From positions 1,728,001-1,792,000 of the forward strand of contig OZ219791.1 in NCBI GenBank assembly GCA_964291215.2: a DNA stretch of 64,000 nt. The letters run 5' to 3'. Source of the stretch: Alphaproteobacteria bacterium. Its GTDB lineage: Bacteria; Pseudomonadota; Alphaproteobacteria; MPNO01; UBA830. The position numbers were made by a program, and so were the translations under genes. Position 1 is the first letter of the stretch. Each line of letters starts with the position of its first letter. The notes beneath the pieces are model-generated. The model saw nothing but the letters and a program-made list of their open reading frames with translations, made no database searches and was not told the origin of the DNA. Shown piece by piece: positions 42,001 through 53,221 of this stretch.

Positions 42001-42149
42001 TGGACTGCGAGCCGCGAACCGGCGATTGCGCCGGCGACGATCAGGAAGACCATCAGCAGGTTTGCGGCGACGGGGTTTGCCGCAAACCAGGCGATCGGAC
42101 CCCGCTGCACAGGCGTTCCGGTCCCGCCTCCATCGTCCACGTTACTCAT
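39018..42149 (-). CDS. RND efflux transporter permease (AcrB/AcrD/AcrF family)
   Basis: NPVAANLLM, GIVVDDAVVVGE, GVVVNDALVL, RFRAVLLTSLTT. Confidence 0.93.
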   Translation of the reverse strand: MSNVDDGGGTGTPVQRGPIAWFAANPVAANLLMVFLIVAGAIAGSRLAVQDLPEFDLRRVSVMIPVPGASPTEVQEDINRRVEEAIIGISGVSRVVSTAQEGTGLIDVELEVFADNTTVLNDVTRAIDALENFPPPNAEPPEIKLVRWRNDVVTIAVSSGAVTENQLRLAAESLRDALLALPTVSHIRMEGTRDREITIELSEEELRRHRLKIDDIRQAISRDSLNLTFGELRTDAGGVVLQVVAKREHSAEFKDIPLITRLDGTVVTLGDVARIRDGFVDENVLTETAGVPAVFLRITATGKQSTKEMRNAVVEFLGGYSPPAHVSVGIWDDKVEATVERLTRIFANSAIGAALVFICLVAVFDLRVAFWTTFGIPLAFIGSLIFFAPAGLTLNMGTLFAFFLMIGIVVDDAVVVGESIATERARAGSALAAAISGARAVVGPLVVGAATTLIALVPLLFVTEGGWQIMRMIPYVALFVLAISLVEAFLILPAHLAHDKPWSAPPLSGWQGGVRGWLDNVRDSVVAATVSWSVRHVWMAVGIGILVVVCAVLLVRYHEVRVLFAEERTDISNSIQAELRLPAGSPFEATLAAAERFRDAAKGVNNDLGGSAIKSVSMVVGNILPTWPRDDAVRGEHVATVKAHLYRRPVREAAPGEVERAWRARIGDVSSLEHVEYVLTRGKIRPNLAYSIRHNDRELLQGAAQKLRSALAAIPGVYGVYDNLSPGKRQLDIELTQAGKAAGLSPALLGAQLRARLHGAEAQRIQRGREEIEVVVRYPAERRRSLKELAGMRIERPGGGEIPLFLVATLTEKQELAKLTRIDGKPAVFVEARADAAVITPIQARRLIEDGIVQELRAAHPGIAVERDGGARNERRVLQTLATLAPLALIAMYAVMAAFLRSYWKPLVAAAGIPAAFAGAVLMHWILGWDFNFMSIFGIVAVSGVVVNDALVLLDRYNIIRRENDALPAIAAAAAATRHRFRAVLLTSLTTVLGLSPLLYERSDALLFLVPFVASMLGGLVLAGIFILFLLPAMVMIADGRHE

Positions 42150-42159
42150 GCGCCGTCCC

Positions 42160-43278
42160 CTATGCCCGCGGTTTCGCGACGGTTACGGCAAGGCCCTCGC
42201 GGGCTGCCGGCAATGTGCCGACAACGACGCCGTCGCCCGCGTCGAAGGCCTCCACTACCCATCCGCCGTCGATTCGGCCCAGCCCTCGCGGTTTGATCGA
42301 GTTCAGCACGCCGCCCCTGATAACCCAGACACGGTCGTTCGCCTGTGCGGCGGCTTCGGGCAGCACATAGACATTCCGATGCACCGGGCCCTCAATGGAG
42401 ATTTCGGCGAAGGTGTGGGGCAGCGGTCGGCGCGCGATCGGCAGGTCGTCCGAAAACTTCAGGAAAACCGATGCAAGCCGGCTTGTCGGCGCCACGACCG
42501 GGGAAACCCCCGCGACATTCGCCCGGTAGACCCCCGTCCTGGTGTGGACCATGGCGGACCGTCCGGCGATAGGCGAGAGATGCCTCAGGTCCCGTTGTTC
42601 GATGGGAGCGGTCGCGCGAATGGCTTCGGGCCGATAAACCACGCCTAGCACCGCAGCCTCGCCGACCTTTTCTGCCGGTCCTGCAAGTTCGCCGACCTCG
42701 ACGCTCGAAGAGATCACACGGGCATCGAAGGGAAGGGAAATCTTCGTCCTGCGAAGTTGCAATTCTGCCAGTCGCAGTGCCACGAGCGCCTGTTCCAGCT
42801 TCAGGGCCGTGCCCGCCGTATTTTCGTTCCGGGCCTCCTGCGCGCTTATTTCGTGTTCAAGACCCGCAACCTCCAATCGGGCCTGTTCGACTTTGAGCTC
42901 ATATTCTTCGGGATCGATCCTGATAAAGACTTCATCTTCCGCTATCGATCCGCCGGGCGCGAAGTTCGGCGAGACCCAGACAACGCGCCCGACGACTTCA
43001 GACATGACGGTTGCCCGCTCCTTCAGCACGACAGAGCCGGTCAGACGGAGGGTAAGCGCCCGTTCGGTCAATTCCGGTCGAACGATGTTGACGATCGGTC
43101 TTCTTTCCTCAGTCGCCAGCGCCGACCGGTCAACACGCTCAACCCGTTCCGGCGCCCGGGCGAGATAGAGCGCGACGGCGACCGCGCTGAGAATGACGGC
43201 AAGTTGCAGATAGCCGAGCCATTTCGGCCCGGCGGGCCCTGCTGTGTTCTGCGGCATCGTCTTTATCCAGATTCGCAT
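42160..43278 (-). CDS. RND periplasmic adaptor (membrane fusion protein)
   Basis: N-terminal TM, EVVGRV..G, coiled coil, ISLPFDA; upstream of permease. Confidence 0.88.
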   Translation of the reverse strand: MRIWIKTMPQNTAGPAGPKWLGYLQLAVILSAVAVALYLARAPERVERVDRSALATEERRPIVNIVRPELTERALTLRLTGSVVLKERATVMSEVVGRVVWVSPNFAPGGSIAEDEVFIRIDPEEYELKVEQARLEVAGLEHEISAQEARNENTAGTALKLEQALVALRLAELQLRRTKISLPFDARVISSSVEVGELAGPAEKVGEAAVLGVVYRPEAIRATAPIEQRDLRHLSPIAGRSAMVHTRTGVYRANVAGVSPVVAPTSRLASVFLKFSDDLPIARRPLPHTFAEISIEGPVHRNVYVLPEAAAQANDRVWVIRGGVLNSIKPRGLGRIDGGWVVEAFDAGDGVVVGTLPAAREGLAVTVAKPRA

Positions 43279-44717
43279 CGCGTCGAGTTTAAGATACCGA
43301 AAGAGCCACCCAACTTCAACCGCACCTAAGTTGCAAAAATGAGGCAGGTACGTTGTGCGTTTTCGGAGCCGTATGAGGTGGCGTGGCGGTACTATGAGGC
43401 TGTATCCGCCTAGCCTGCCCGGCGCCCGCCCGGGCAGGTGCCATGGCCATCATGTTCGTCAGGGATAGGCGACGCGCAGAACGGTTTCGACGAGCCGAAG
43501 AACCGATGGGTTTGGTGCGTCTTCACCACGCGCGACTTGAAGCGCTGCCGGCACATGGCCCGGCCTGCCCATCGGATACATCTCCCGCTCAACTCGCTGA
43601 TTTGTTCGCGCTATCGTGGCGCGCATGGATGGCCTTGTTTCGATTCCGAGTGCGCTTTCCTCGGCGGAAGGTATGAAGAAGCTATTGCGGATTTTGGCGC
43701 AGCCGGAAGTCTCACGGGCCGAAAGCGGATACCTGAGTTGCGGTAATGACGGGCCGCCCGGCGCGGAGATCACCTGGGACGGCCAGGCCGCACTGTCGTT
43801 CACTGCGTGGATACTTGGCCACAGTGTTGATGCCGGTGGGGACGACAGCGCCGTGCGGAAACACATCAGCTAGTGTTGTGTCCCGCAAATACGAGCAGAT
43901 AACCTTTCAAGCTTGTCGAGGATCGAATCTGCGGTTGCGACCCATACGAAAGGGGATTTATTGTGGTGTGGGATGAAGTGTTCAATCGTTCTGATGAGTT
44001 GAGGAACACTGTCGAACGACCCGCGCTTGTTGGCTGATGAGACCGAACCAGCGTTCCTGAGCCAGGAGGTGGAAGTGGAGATGGTAACGCGGTCGTTTGG
44101 CGACCGGACCTTGGGATGCTTGTGGGTGGCGTAGTTGTCCAGGACAAGATGGATATCGAGCTCGGCTCACGGTCAATCAGCCGCAGGAAGGCGAGAAACT
44201 CCTAGTGTCGATGCCGCCTGGAGCATCACCCGTCGCCACGTCCAGAGCAGCAAACAATGTCGTGGTTCCGTGCCGGATGTAGTCATAGCCTTCGACATAG
44301 CCCATGGGCTGGAGCGCCTGGCTCTTCTCGTCCACGCACAAGACCACGTCTGGAGGGTCAGGCCCGTGCCGAACCTTCTCGACGAAAAACGGATCGCTGG
44401 AGAGCTTGAAGGTGTCGCTCGAGTGTGGCTTGATCCCGAACAGGGCAAACCAGCGCTGCACGGTACTTTTCGACACGGCTTCGGCCATCCGTCGCACACT
44501 CCAGGCACCCGCATGGCTTTTGCTGCAGGGTCCGGTTGATCAGCTTCGCGACCTTACCATTAGGTGCGGGGTCGTCCCGGGCGCAACTCGCAGCCCCTCA
44601 AGACCACGCTCCAGGAATTGTCACCGCCATTTGCCCACTGCCGACAGCGAAACGTTGAGCTGCCGAATTGGTCTGTCCCCGGGCGCAGCACGATGCGTGC
44701 ACGCCAAGGCGTGGGGC

Positions 44718-46837
44718 CTTTCAACCGGACATGCTTAACTCGTTGTTCATGAGGCCGTACATGATGGCCCATGAGGATCGGCTTTCGACATCTGTCCGCG
44801 ACGACGGTTGACTGGGCGGCGTCGGCTGCCGAGGGCAGCACCCGCTCGTCCCTGGCGCGGGGATTGTGCGAGCGCGAGGGGTGGCGCAACGCGAAGGGAG
44901 AGCTGTGCCTTGCCTCGGCACGCGCGGGTCTGCCTGATCTTGCTGCGTCGCTCGACCTCGTCCTTCCTGCGCCCAGACCTCATGCCTTCGACACCCTTGA
45001 GCGGGACTATCCCGACCGAGCACTGGCCGGTACCCTGGAGGACCTTGGAGAGGTCACCGTAGAGCCGGTCGGCGAGGACAAGCGCCCGTTCGATGATGGC
45101 GACTTGGCATCCCGAGGCGTGTGCACCCGGGGCCCGTGTGAGCTATTGGATCACCTCGTCGCGCCTCGGCGGCTTGGTGTTCGGTGCGGCGAGTTGGCAC
45201 CAGAAGGCGCGCGACGACTTCTGGTCCCAGGGAGCCCGTGTCCTCGGCGAGATCGTCAACAACGATCGCTTTCTGATTCTTCCGTCGGTACATGTGCAGG
45301 AGTTGGCCTCCCATGCCTTGGCCTGCCGGCGTCTGGCTGCGGACTGAGAAGTACGGAGTGAGGCCGGTTCTGGCGTACACGTATGTGGGTCCCGAGCACA
45401 GCGGCGTGAGCTACCGGGCGGCGGGCTGGGAGCGCTGTGAGGAGACGATCTCCCGGGGCCACGGGCCCGGGCGTGCAGCGCGCGGTGTGGATGAAGCCCC
45501 TGGCGCGCCGTGCTGTGCCGGGAGCGTGTCTTGGGCCAGGCGGCGCCCCTGGTCGGTGATGACCGCTGGGCGATGCGGGAGTACGCCCGCAGCCGCCACA
45601 GTGACGTGCGCATCCGCGAGCGCCTGATCACCATGGGCGTGGAACGATCGTCCCGGAGAGATCCTGCCGACGATCTTCCCCGGCGAGGCGGAGCAGAAGG
45701 CGGCCCTGTTGTCGAATCCGAGGGTGATCATATCCTCGAGGGGCACCAGGAAGCGATGGTGGAACGCTGCCGTTCGCAGCGCCTGATCCTTGCCATCCAA
45801 GACACGACGTTCTTGAATTACAATGGCTTGGAGGCGGGTCTTGTCGACATCGGCGGCTCGGGCACCCCGGGCATGGCGGTCCATGCCGGGGTTGCCTTCA
45901 GCGAAGGCGGCTCATCCCTCGGCCTGTTCCATCTCGACGCCGACTTCCGTCTCAAGCCAGAAGAAGGACGAGGCGGACGACAAGGAGAGCCGGCGGATAC
46001 GACAAGGAACTGGCCTGTCCTTCGACAAGGGTGCTGGTGATCTGTGACCGTGAAGGCGACATCTGGGACCTGCTGGCCCGGAGCACAGTGCACGAGTGCT
46101 GGTGCGTGTCAGGCCACGGCGCCCACCGCAACGGGCGCATGCCGGGACCTTTGGGACTACATGGCCGATGAGCCGTGCATCGCAACGAAGCTGATCAACA
46201 TCGAAGCCTGCGGAGGGCCGCGTTGCCGCAAGGAGCGCAAGGGCCTCGAAGTCCGCGCGGCAAGGGTCGACCCGCCGGACAAGAAGCCTCAGGTAACGCC
46301 GCCGCTCTCCATGATGGCGAGTCACGGAACCCGCCCCACCGCCAGATCCTCTCGACTGGATGCTGCTCACCACCGAATGCGACGTCACCACAGCCGATGC
46401 TCTCAAGACCGTCTCCTTCTACGAGAGGCGATGGTGGATCGAAGAGTACTTCAAGGCCTTGAAGGTCGGCACACGGATCGAAGACCGGCCAGGCTGACGA
46501 TCTGAGGAAGTGCCTGGCCTTCGACGCCATCACCGCATGCCGCGTCATGAGCGTCTCGCACGCCCGACACCCCGGCCCGTCACATCGTCCACCGCGACGA
46601 GATCACGGTCCTTGCCCTCCACAAGACCGGCCGACAGCACACGCCGCGTGGACCTCCCGAACCGACCAGCCTTCGCCGTCGCACGCGGGCTTCATTTCCA
46701 GAAAACGCCAACCCTTGCCGGGGACCGAGAAACTCTGGCAGGGATACAAACTCCTTCTCAACTTCGTCGAACATCACCGAAAGATGCGGAAACTCGATAT
46801 GCTGAAATAAATGGCTTCAACAGTGTCCGGTTGAAAG
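44718..46837 (+). mobile_element. IS4-family (IS50/Tn5-like) element with N-terminal DUF4338 domain, degenerate
   Basis: IRs CTTTCAACCGGACA / TGTCCGGTTGAAAG; 9-bp TSD GCGTGGGGC; NNDRFLILP, SYRAAGW; LAIQDTT.LNY, YERRWWIEEYFKALK. Confidence 0.88.
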
Positions 46838-46977
46838 GCGTGGGGCATTGAGGTGGAGCGGGAGAGAGCGGTCAGGTGTTCATGTTGCTCATCGGTGAGC
46901 ACCAGAGGGGGAAGTTGGCGGCCGCGGGGCATCTCGCAAGGTCTCCTGTTACGAGTGAGACCGAGAATATATCACAC

Positions 46978-48176
46978 CCCCACTTCCAGTCTGAAGTGCA
47001 ACACCCGGCCCTCATCGCAGTGAGGGCGTAGCCCGAACGGAGATGAGGGCCGGGTGTTGCGCAAATTTTTCCCCTCTGCCCCTCTCGATTCCGCCTGGGA
47101 ATAGCTTCAGTTCCTTCAACATCGAGCTTATGCAACGCCTTTGTCGGCTTCAAGCCACTATTCCGCCGTCGCGCGGCATGGACCCTGCTGCACGTTGCGG
47201 CTTTGGAACGCAGATGGTCAGGGCGGTTTCACTTCAAGATTACCTCCGTCGGCGATCCCAGGACTTTCCGAGTGTTGAGCCGCACCTTCTGAACATCTTC
47301 GTTGCATGTCGCGCGAAAGTCCGTGCCCTTCGGGAAGTACTCCCGCACCAGGCCGTTGGTGTGCTCATTCAAGCCGCGCTCCCAAGAATGGAAAGGCGAA
47401 GAAGAAATCTGCGTCAAGTGCGACACGCCTGTGGTCTGCGAACTCCTTGCCGTTGTGATTGTGTGGACCAATAGCGCACCAGAGCCGAGCAGGCGGATCA
47501 TACCGACCGTGTCTTTCTGTCCACCCAGCAAGGTGTATTTCGTGGCACGAGCGACACGACAGCTCCACTGTGAGCTTTGCCGATGATGGCTCCCAGTCGC
47601 CGACCCGTTCCTTTGCCTCCGCAGGGCGCTCGGAAATGTCCACCCGGCCGGAATAGCATCCGCCCTTCCAGTTCGGCTTCTTGCCGCGCCGCCGAAGCTT
47701 CTTCCACAAGACGCCCCCGGCTCTCCGATCTTCATGAATGCGATCATAGATCCGTTGCCGACCCACTGGGCGGCCCTCCAGTCGAAAACGGCCGCTGATC
47801 TGCTCGGGGCCCTCCCGCAGCTTTTTCTGAGCCTCAACCCGAGGCGTCAACCGCCAGGAAACAGACGAGGCGGCCCTGCGTTTCTGCCATCCTTTGCGCC
47901 TGCTTGTGACGGTAACCCCGTCCCCCGGTGTTGCGCTTGATCTCCCGGAAAATTGTTGATCGGCCCAGCTGCCGAGCAATCGCACCTTGTGAAAGACCGC
48001 TTTTCTGCCTCAATCTGGCATCGCTCTTCGTAGGTGACGGTAGCCTTTGGACATGAACAAGCTCCCTCCATCTTGTACAGGAACTTTCGCCGCTGCTGGA
48101 CAGCTCCGCAACATCATGCGTCTAAAAACACATGGCCACAGCCCATCATGTGTTGCACTTCACTATGGAACGGGGG
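46978..48176 (-). mobile_element. IS30-family element, degenerate
   Basis: IRs CCCCACTTCCAGTCTGAAGTGCAACA / TGTTGCACTTCACTATGGAACGGGGG; TSD CAC; SWERGLNEHTNGLVREYFPKGTDF. Confidence 0.88.
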
Positions 48177-48214
48177 CACTTATTTGCGGGACGCTACACT
48201 AGCCAGACAATCAT

Positions 48215-51200
48215 CACGGCGATCCCACGCTAGGTTTGTTGGAAGGGTCGGTTTTGCTTGTTCAGGATGATTCGCATTTTCGCTGGCTTTTTGTGAAGCG
48301 GCGTAGTATCCGTTGTCGTGGGGGCAGCGGATTTTTTTGAGACGACTCCGGAGGGTTTTGAGCTCCGGGATGTGGTTGTGCGCCTTGCGCGGCCTGATGT
48401 CGCTGGAATCGTGTCGTTGACCGTCATCCTTGGTTTCAAGCAGTTTGCCGGTCGAGGTCTGCGTGTTCACCTGGCGCGGGCGGTGGATTGGCACTGCAGG
48501 CTGGCAGACGGGCGCCCTCAGCTGCGCACCCGTTGGATTGGCTGGCGCCGCGAGGAACAGTTCAGGCGGTTGCCGGGAACAACACGAGGTTTGTTGTTCT
48601 TGGTGGTCGTTTCCGGGCCTTGCCTCGTTTGCGTTGTCGCGGATGGTGCGGCGGCGACTGGGAGGCTGCCGTTGCTTGTTGCGGAGTCGTTTGTCTTGCC
48701 GACGAAGTTCAGCGGCACCATGTACAAGGCGGCGAACTGGGAGTGCGTTGGCAGGAGCTATGCGCGCGCCAGCGGGCGCTATACCGACCGGGGAGGCGAA
48801 GGATCCTTACGTGTTTCCGCTGCGTCGCGACGCGGGATCGTTCGCCGCTTCCTGTGGCGTGGGAGTTGCGGGCGCCGCTGGTCGGCGCAGGAGTTGCGCT
48901 CGATTTATCAGCGGCGCTTTCCGGCGTGCGCAGGGGCACCGCATCGCCTCGGTGCTGTGCGTGATGGCGCGGCTTGCGAACCGGCGCGGCGGCGCACTAC
49001 GACGCAGAAGGAGCTGGAGCAGCGTGGAAGAACAGGGACAAGCCGGTCTCCACCGTGCACCGGGTGCTGCAGAACACCGACCCGGGATGGATCGAGGATG
49101 CGGCGCGCAGCCGCAGGTCGGCAACGCGGTCGACGGCAAGCGCACCGGCGAGGATCATTACGAGACGGTCTCGCTGGCCGGTATTCGATCCTCAACTGTC
49201 ACGACGGGGAGATCGCTGCCGTCCACGCCGCGACGGCCGTCTGCTCATCCTCGACGCGCTCCACACCACCCGCGAGGCTGATCGTCGAGACCCATCGCGC
49301 GGACTGATGGTCAAGGGCAACGCACCTTCGAGAGCATCAACTGGAAGACCGCGAGCGCTACAGCGAAAAGCCCGCGCATGGCCGCCAGCGCATCATCTTC
49401 ACCCCGCTGGCGAAGATGATCAACTAGCAGATCTTCCGCGTCACCCGGCGCGTCGAATTCAGGAAATCCGGAAAACCGAACACGCCATATGACCAGGTTT
49501 TGTCCCCTTGATGATGAAATCATCCACAGCAGTTGGGGGCGGGAAAATGTGGATCTGTGGGAAAGCTATGGTTGCAGAGAGATTCCGCTCCCCTGAGCGA
49601 ACACGCACAGGGGAGCAAACGATCTCCGCGGAGGTTGCCGTTTTGACCTTGACAGAGCCGCGACCGAGTGTGGCAACCTCCCTTGACGTTCCTCGCTGGA
49701 TGCTTGGGTTTGAACCCGTATCATCGTAAGGCGAGGAGCAAGGGACGATGGTCAAGATAGTAGCAGGGGTCAGCAAGGCCAGTCTGGACATCTGGCGCAT
49801 TGTTTTGCGAACGACGCCACGGGCAAGTGGCTTCGCGGCCTCGGGGTGAGCCGGGTGGTAATGGAGGCGACAGGCCGCTATCACCGCAAGGTTCACCAGT
49901 GTCTTCATGACCGGGGCTTCGAGGTTATTCTCGTCAACCCGTTGCGGGCTTCGCCGAGGCGATGGGCCATCTGGCCAAAACCGACCGCGTCGACGCGTTG
50001 ATGTTGGCCAAGATCGGCTGGGCGATCTCGAGCCTGTGGCTCCGCCTTCCTCAAGAGCTTGGAGGATCTCTTGGTGCCGCGCTTGTCGACGCCAAGCAGG
50101 TGGCAGATGAGGTAGATGGCGAAGGCGAGACCGTCACAAGGGCCTCAGCGGCCGATCTCGATGACCGCATTGCCGGCGCGGCGATCAAAGCGGTGATCGC
50201 CGGTGATCCCGAGCAGAGGTACGCCATCCTGACCTCGATCCGGTGACCGCCGCGGCCCTTCTTTGCTGGATGCCCGAACTCGGCAGCGTCGGCAGCCTTG
50301 ATCGGGGTGGCGCCAACGACCACGGTGCTCGGCACATCCGTGGCGGGCGCCGAAGGCCACGTGATCTCCTGTTCATGGCCGCAACCGGCACGCTTCAACG
50401 CGGACCTGGTGCGCCACAAGGCCCACAAAGTCGCTATTGTCGCCGTGATGCGCAAGCTCTGGCGAACACCTTGCTGCGACAGCAGCGTTGCCTGAAGCAC
50501 CGGTGAGTGAGCGAAGGAGACACGGCCCTGCCGAGAGCGCGATCGGGACTGTATCGACAGTCTCCCTCTACGACACGACTTGGGGAGAATGTCTGCAGAT
50601 CATCGTCGAGGTCGACATCAAGGAGATCGAACCGCCGCGCGCCTTGTGGACGGGACACCTGGAACCCGGACGGTCACGTGCCCGGGGACGGCAAGGTAGC
50701 CGCGTTCACGTGACCAATGGACGGCAACCCGCCGCCGGGACCACAAGCTTCATGTCGCCTCGCTCGCAGAGCAAATCCCACACCGCTTGTGGACAACCAC
50801 AGAAAACATCACCACAGACACCCGCAAAAACCTTGCCAAGAAACATGGATGCTCGGTCAAGCGCGCCTCGCCGCAACAGCTGCTCGCATGGAATCGCGGA
50901 CACCGGGTAGTCGAGAGCCACCATCATGTCCGCGATGCCACCTTCCGCGAAGACGACTCCATGCTCCGAACGCGCCCGCAAACAACGCGATCACCCTCGC
51001 AATCATCATCCGCAACAAACGCAAGCTGCGCAAACCCTTCAACAGCTTCGTCGACACCACTATGCCGACAAGCGCAAGCAAGTCCTGCACGCAATCACAA
51101 GACCAGGCTGACCGCGCCTCTCTCCCCGACAGAAACTGCAAGCTTTCGAGCCCGGCAACCAAGGCCTCTCGCTCGCCCCGGATACGCCGACCAATCGCGC

Positions 51201-51313
51201 CCCGCGCCGTAACAGCGCGTCAGCAAATCTCAAAATCGCAGCCTCGAACGCGTCGACCCGCGCCGCGATCAGGACTCCGATCACATCACATCAACAAGCA
51301 TGGGATCACCTTG
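48215..51313 (+). mobile_element. ISAs1-family element with DUF4338 domain and nested IS110, copy A
   Basis: IRs CACGGCGATCCCA / TGGGATCACCTTG; 9-bp TSD GACAATCAT; GTMYKAANW, AVDGK, LDALHT, VKGN, RGH..ES.H..RDATFRED. Confidence 0.88.
49488..50845 (+). mobile_element. IS110/IS1111-family element, degenerate (copy A); ends approximate
   Basis: ORF remnant ~49748-50495: MEATGRYHR, AKTDRVDA, LTSI, KVAIVAVMRKL; interrupts the ISAs1 reading frame. Confidence 0.75.
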
Positions 51314-51825
51314 GACAATCATGCTTCTGCACAAGGACACTTGGCTGACTCGCACCGACAACGGCCCGGCGAGGCGAGCCAAGCCTCAACAACATTGCGC
51401 TCCGCGGTGATCTTCGCCAACCGCCGCGAGGCTATCGACTCCCTGACCCGGCCCCGTCAGGAATCGAAAACGAGTTATTCGGGTCGGAAACGCTGCCCGT
51501 GTTGGCATGCGGGCGGCCCCGAAGCCACGGAATCCAGCCAGAACATGCCGAATTTGGCCTCCGTTTTTTTCAACCTCCCGAAAGATCAGTTGCGGAATGG
51601 GGTAGTCCTGCTACACCGTCACACTGCGCTGGACAAGACGGAGCATATGCATAACGAAACATCATTCGGCCGGAATCCCGGCCCCTGTGCCTGATGTTAC
51701 CACTAATGGCCCAACTTGCCGCATAGAACTGCGACGGAGTGGTACCTGCGGCCCATTTCGCCTATTGTGTCGCGTGCACGGCCGTCACGCTGATTGGCCG
51801 CAACTTCGGGGAAGCCAGCGCTCTA

Positions 51826-53211
51826 ATGGTTGTCGAAGTGCATAGCGACGGTTCTTCGGTGCTTCCGCCTCCGGACGAGGGGACGGCCGTGGCGCCTGCG
51901 CACCCGGCCGGCAGGGGCGGCCCGTCCCGTGCGCCCGGACGTATCGTGCCCCTGTTGTTCAAGGCGGCCGTCCCGCTGGTCGTGCTTGGCGGTGCCGTCA
52001 CGGTCTATCAGTACATGCTTACGACGAAGCCGCCTGTCGTCCGCAAGCCGGTGGCGGAAAAGGTTTTCTTCGTCGATACCGTGACGGCGCGGAAAAGCGC
52101 GGTCACGCCGCAGCTGGTGCTCTACGGCACCATCGTCGCCCGGCGGCAGGTCGATCTGCGCCCCCTGGTCTCTGGTCGGGTCGTTCGCGTTGCCGAGACA
52201 TTTGCCGACGGTGGCATCGTGCGCAAGGACGACCTGTTGGTCGAGATTGATTCGTTCGACTACCGGATCGCGGTGACTGAAGGCAAGGCCCGGCTCGCCG
52301 AGGCCCGGGCCCGCCTGACCGAGATTGAGGCTGATTTGAAGGGTGAGAAGGCCCTGATTGAGCAGGAGCGGGCACAGACCGTGTTGCGCCGGCGTGACCT
52401 TGTCCGGCGCCAGTCTTTGCTCGACCGCGGCGCCGGCACCGAGAAACTTCTTGACGACGCTAAGCTGGCATTGAACAGCCAGCAGCAAAGGTTGGACGAG
52501 CGGGTCCGTCGGGCCGCGATCTTGGAAGCGCGTCTCGCCCAGCAGCAGGCCGTGATCGCACGGGCGGAATGGGCACTCACCCGCGCCGAGAGAAACTTGC
52601 GCGATACCCGCCTGCTGGCGCCGTTCGACGGCTTCCTGGGCGACATTTCCACCGGGATCGGCAAGAAGGTCGGCGGCAATGACAAAATCGCCCGCCTGAC
52701 TGACGCCGGCAGTTTCGAAGCGGAATTCCAGGTCAGTGACGCTCAGTACGGCCGTCTCGTCCGCGAAGGCGGGGTGATAGGCCGGCCAGTCTCCGTCGTC
52801 TGGCGGACCGGCGGGCAGAGCTTCGCCTTTCCGGCGGCCATCGCCCGGGTCTCAGACCTGGTGTCGAGCACGAGCGGCGGCGTGAACCTGTTCGCCCGGC
52901 TGCGGGCTACCGACACGTCGACACTGCTGCGGCCGGGTCTGTTCGTCGAGATCGAAATGGTGGACACGACCTACCGGGACGTCTACCGGCTGCCGGACGA
53001 CGCCCTGCACGAGGATCGCTTCGTCTATGTCGTGGACGGCGGCCAGCGTTTGGTCCGCCGCGAAGTGACTGTAGCGGGCCGCGTTGGCAACGATATCCTG
53101 ATGCGCGGGCCTGTTGCGGACGGCGAGCGGATCGTGGCGCGCATCTTTCCCGAAATCGGCCATGGCCTGAAGGTGGACGTTCCGACCGGGTCCGTCCAGA
53201 ACCACCGCTAG
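51826..53211 (+). CDS. RND periplasmic adaptor (membrane fusion protein)
   Basis: TM anchor, VSGRVV, long coiled coil, LLAPFDG, LRPGLFV. Confidence 0.9.
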   Translation: MVVEVHSDGSSVLPPPDEGTAVAPAHPAGRGGPSRAPGRIVPLLFKAAVPLVVLGGAVTVYQYMLTTKPPVVRKPVAEKVFFVDTVTARKSAVTPQLVLYGTIVARRQVDLRPLVSGRVVRVAETFADGGIVRKDDLLVEIDSFDYRIAVTEGKARLAEARARLTEIEADLKGEKALIEQERAQTVLRRRDLVRRQSLLDRGAGTEKLLDDAKLALNSQQQRLDERVRRAAILEARLAQQQAVIARAEWALTRAERNLRDTRLLAPFDGFLGDISTGIGKKVGGNDKIARLTDAGSFEAEFQVSDAQYGRLVREGGVIGRPVSVVWRTGGQSFAFPAAIARVSDLVSSTSGGVNLFARLRATDTSTLLRPGLFVEIEMVDTTYRDVYRLPDDALHEDRFVYVVDGGQRLVRREVTVAGRVGNDILMRGPVADGERIVARIFPEIGHGLKVDVPTGSVQNHR

Positions 53212-53221
53212 CGCAGCTGCC

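Larger units (their letters stand above)
43871..48201 (-). mobile_element. Second IS630-family element hosting nested IS4 and IS30
   Basis: IRs TAGTGTTGTGTCCCGCAAATA / TATTTGCGGGACGCTACACTA; ORF starts 46932 (MPRGRQLPPLVL) and resumes below 44717 (FKLSSDPFFVEKV, LCVDEKSQ, DYIRHGTTTLFAAL). Confidence 0.85.

Noticed and set aside
43410-43870. Possible TPR fragment (GRYEEAIADF)
   Set aside because: Single short match in degraded sequence; not supportable
38280-48800. A Druantia defence system
   Set aside because: DUF4338 remnants lie inside IS boundaries, and no DruE helicase or other dru genes are present
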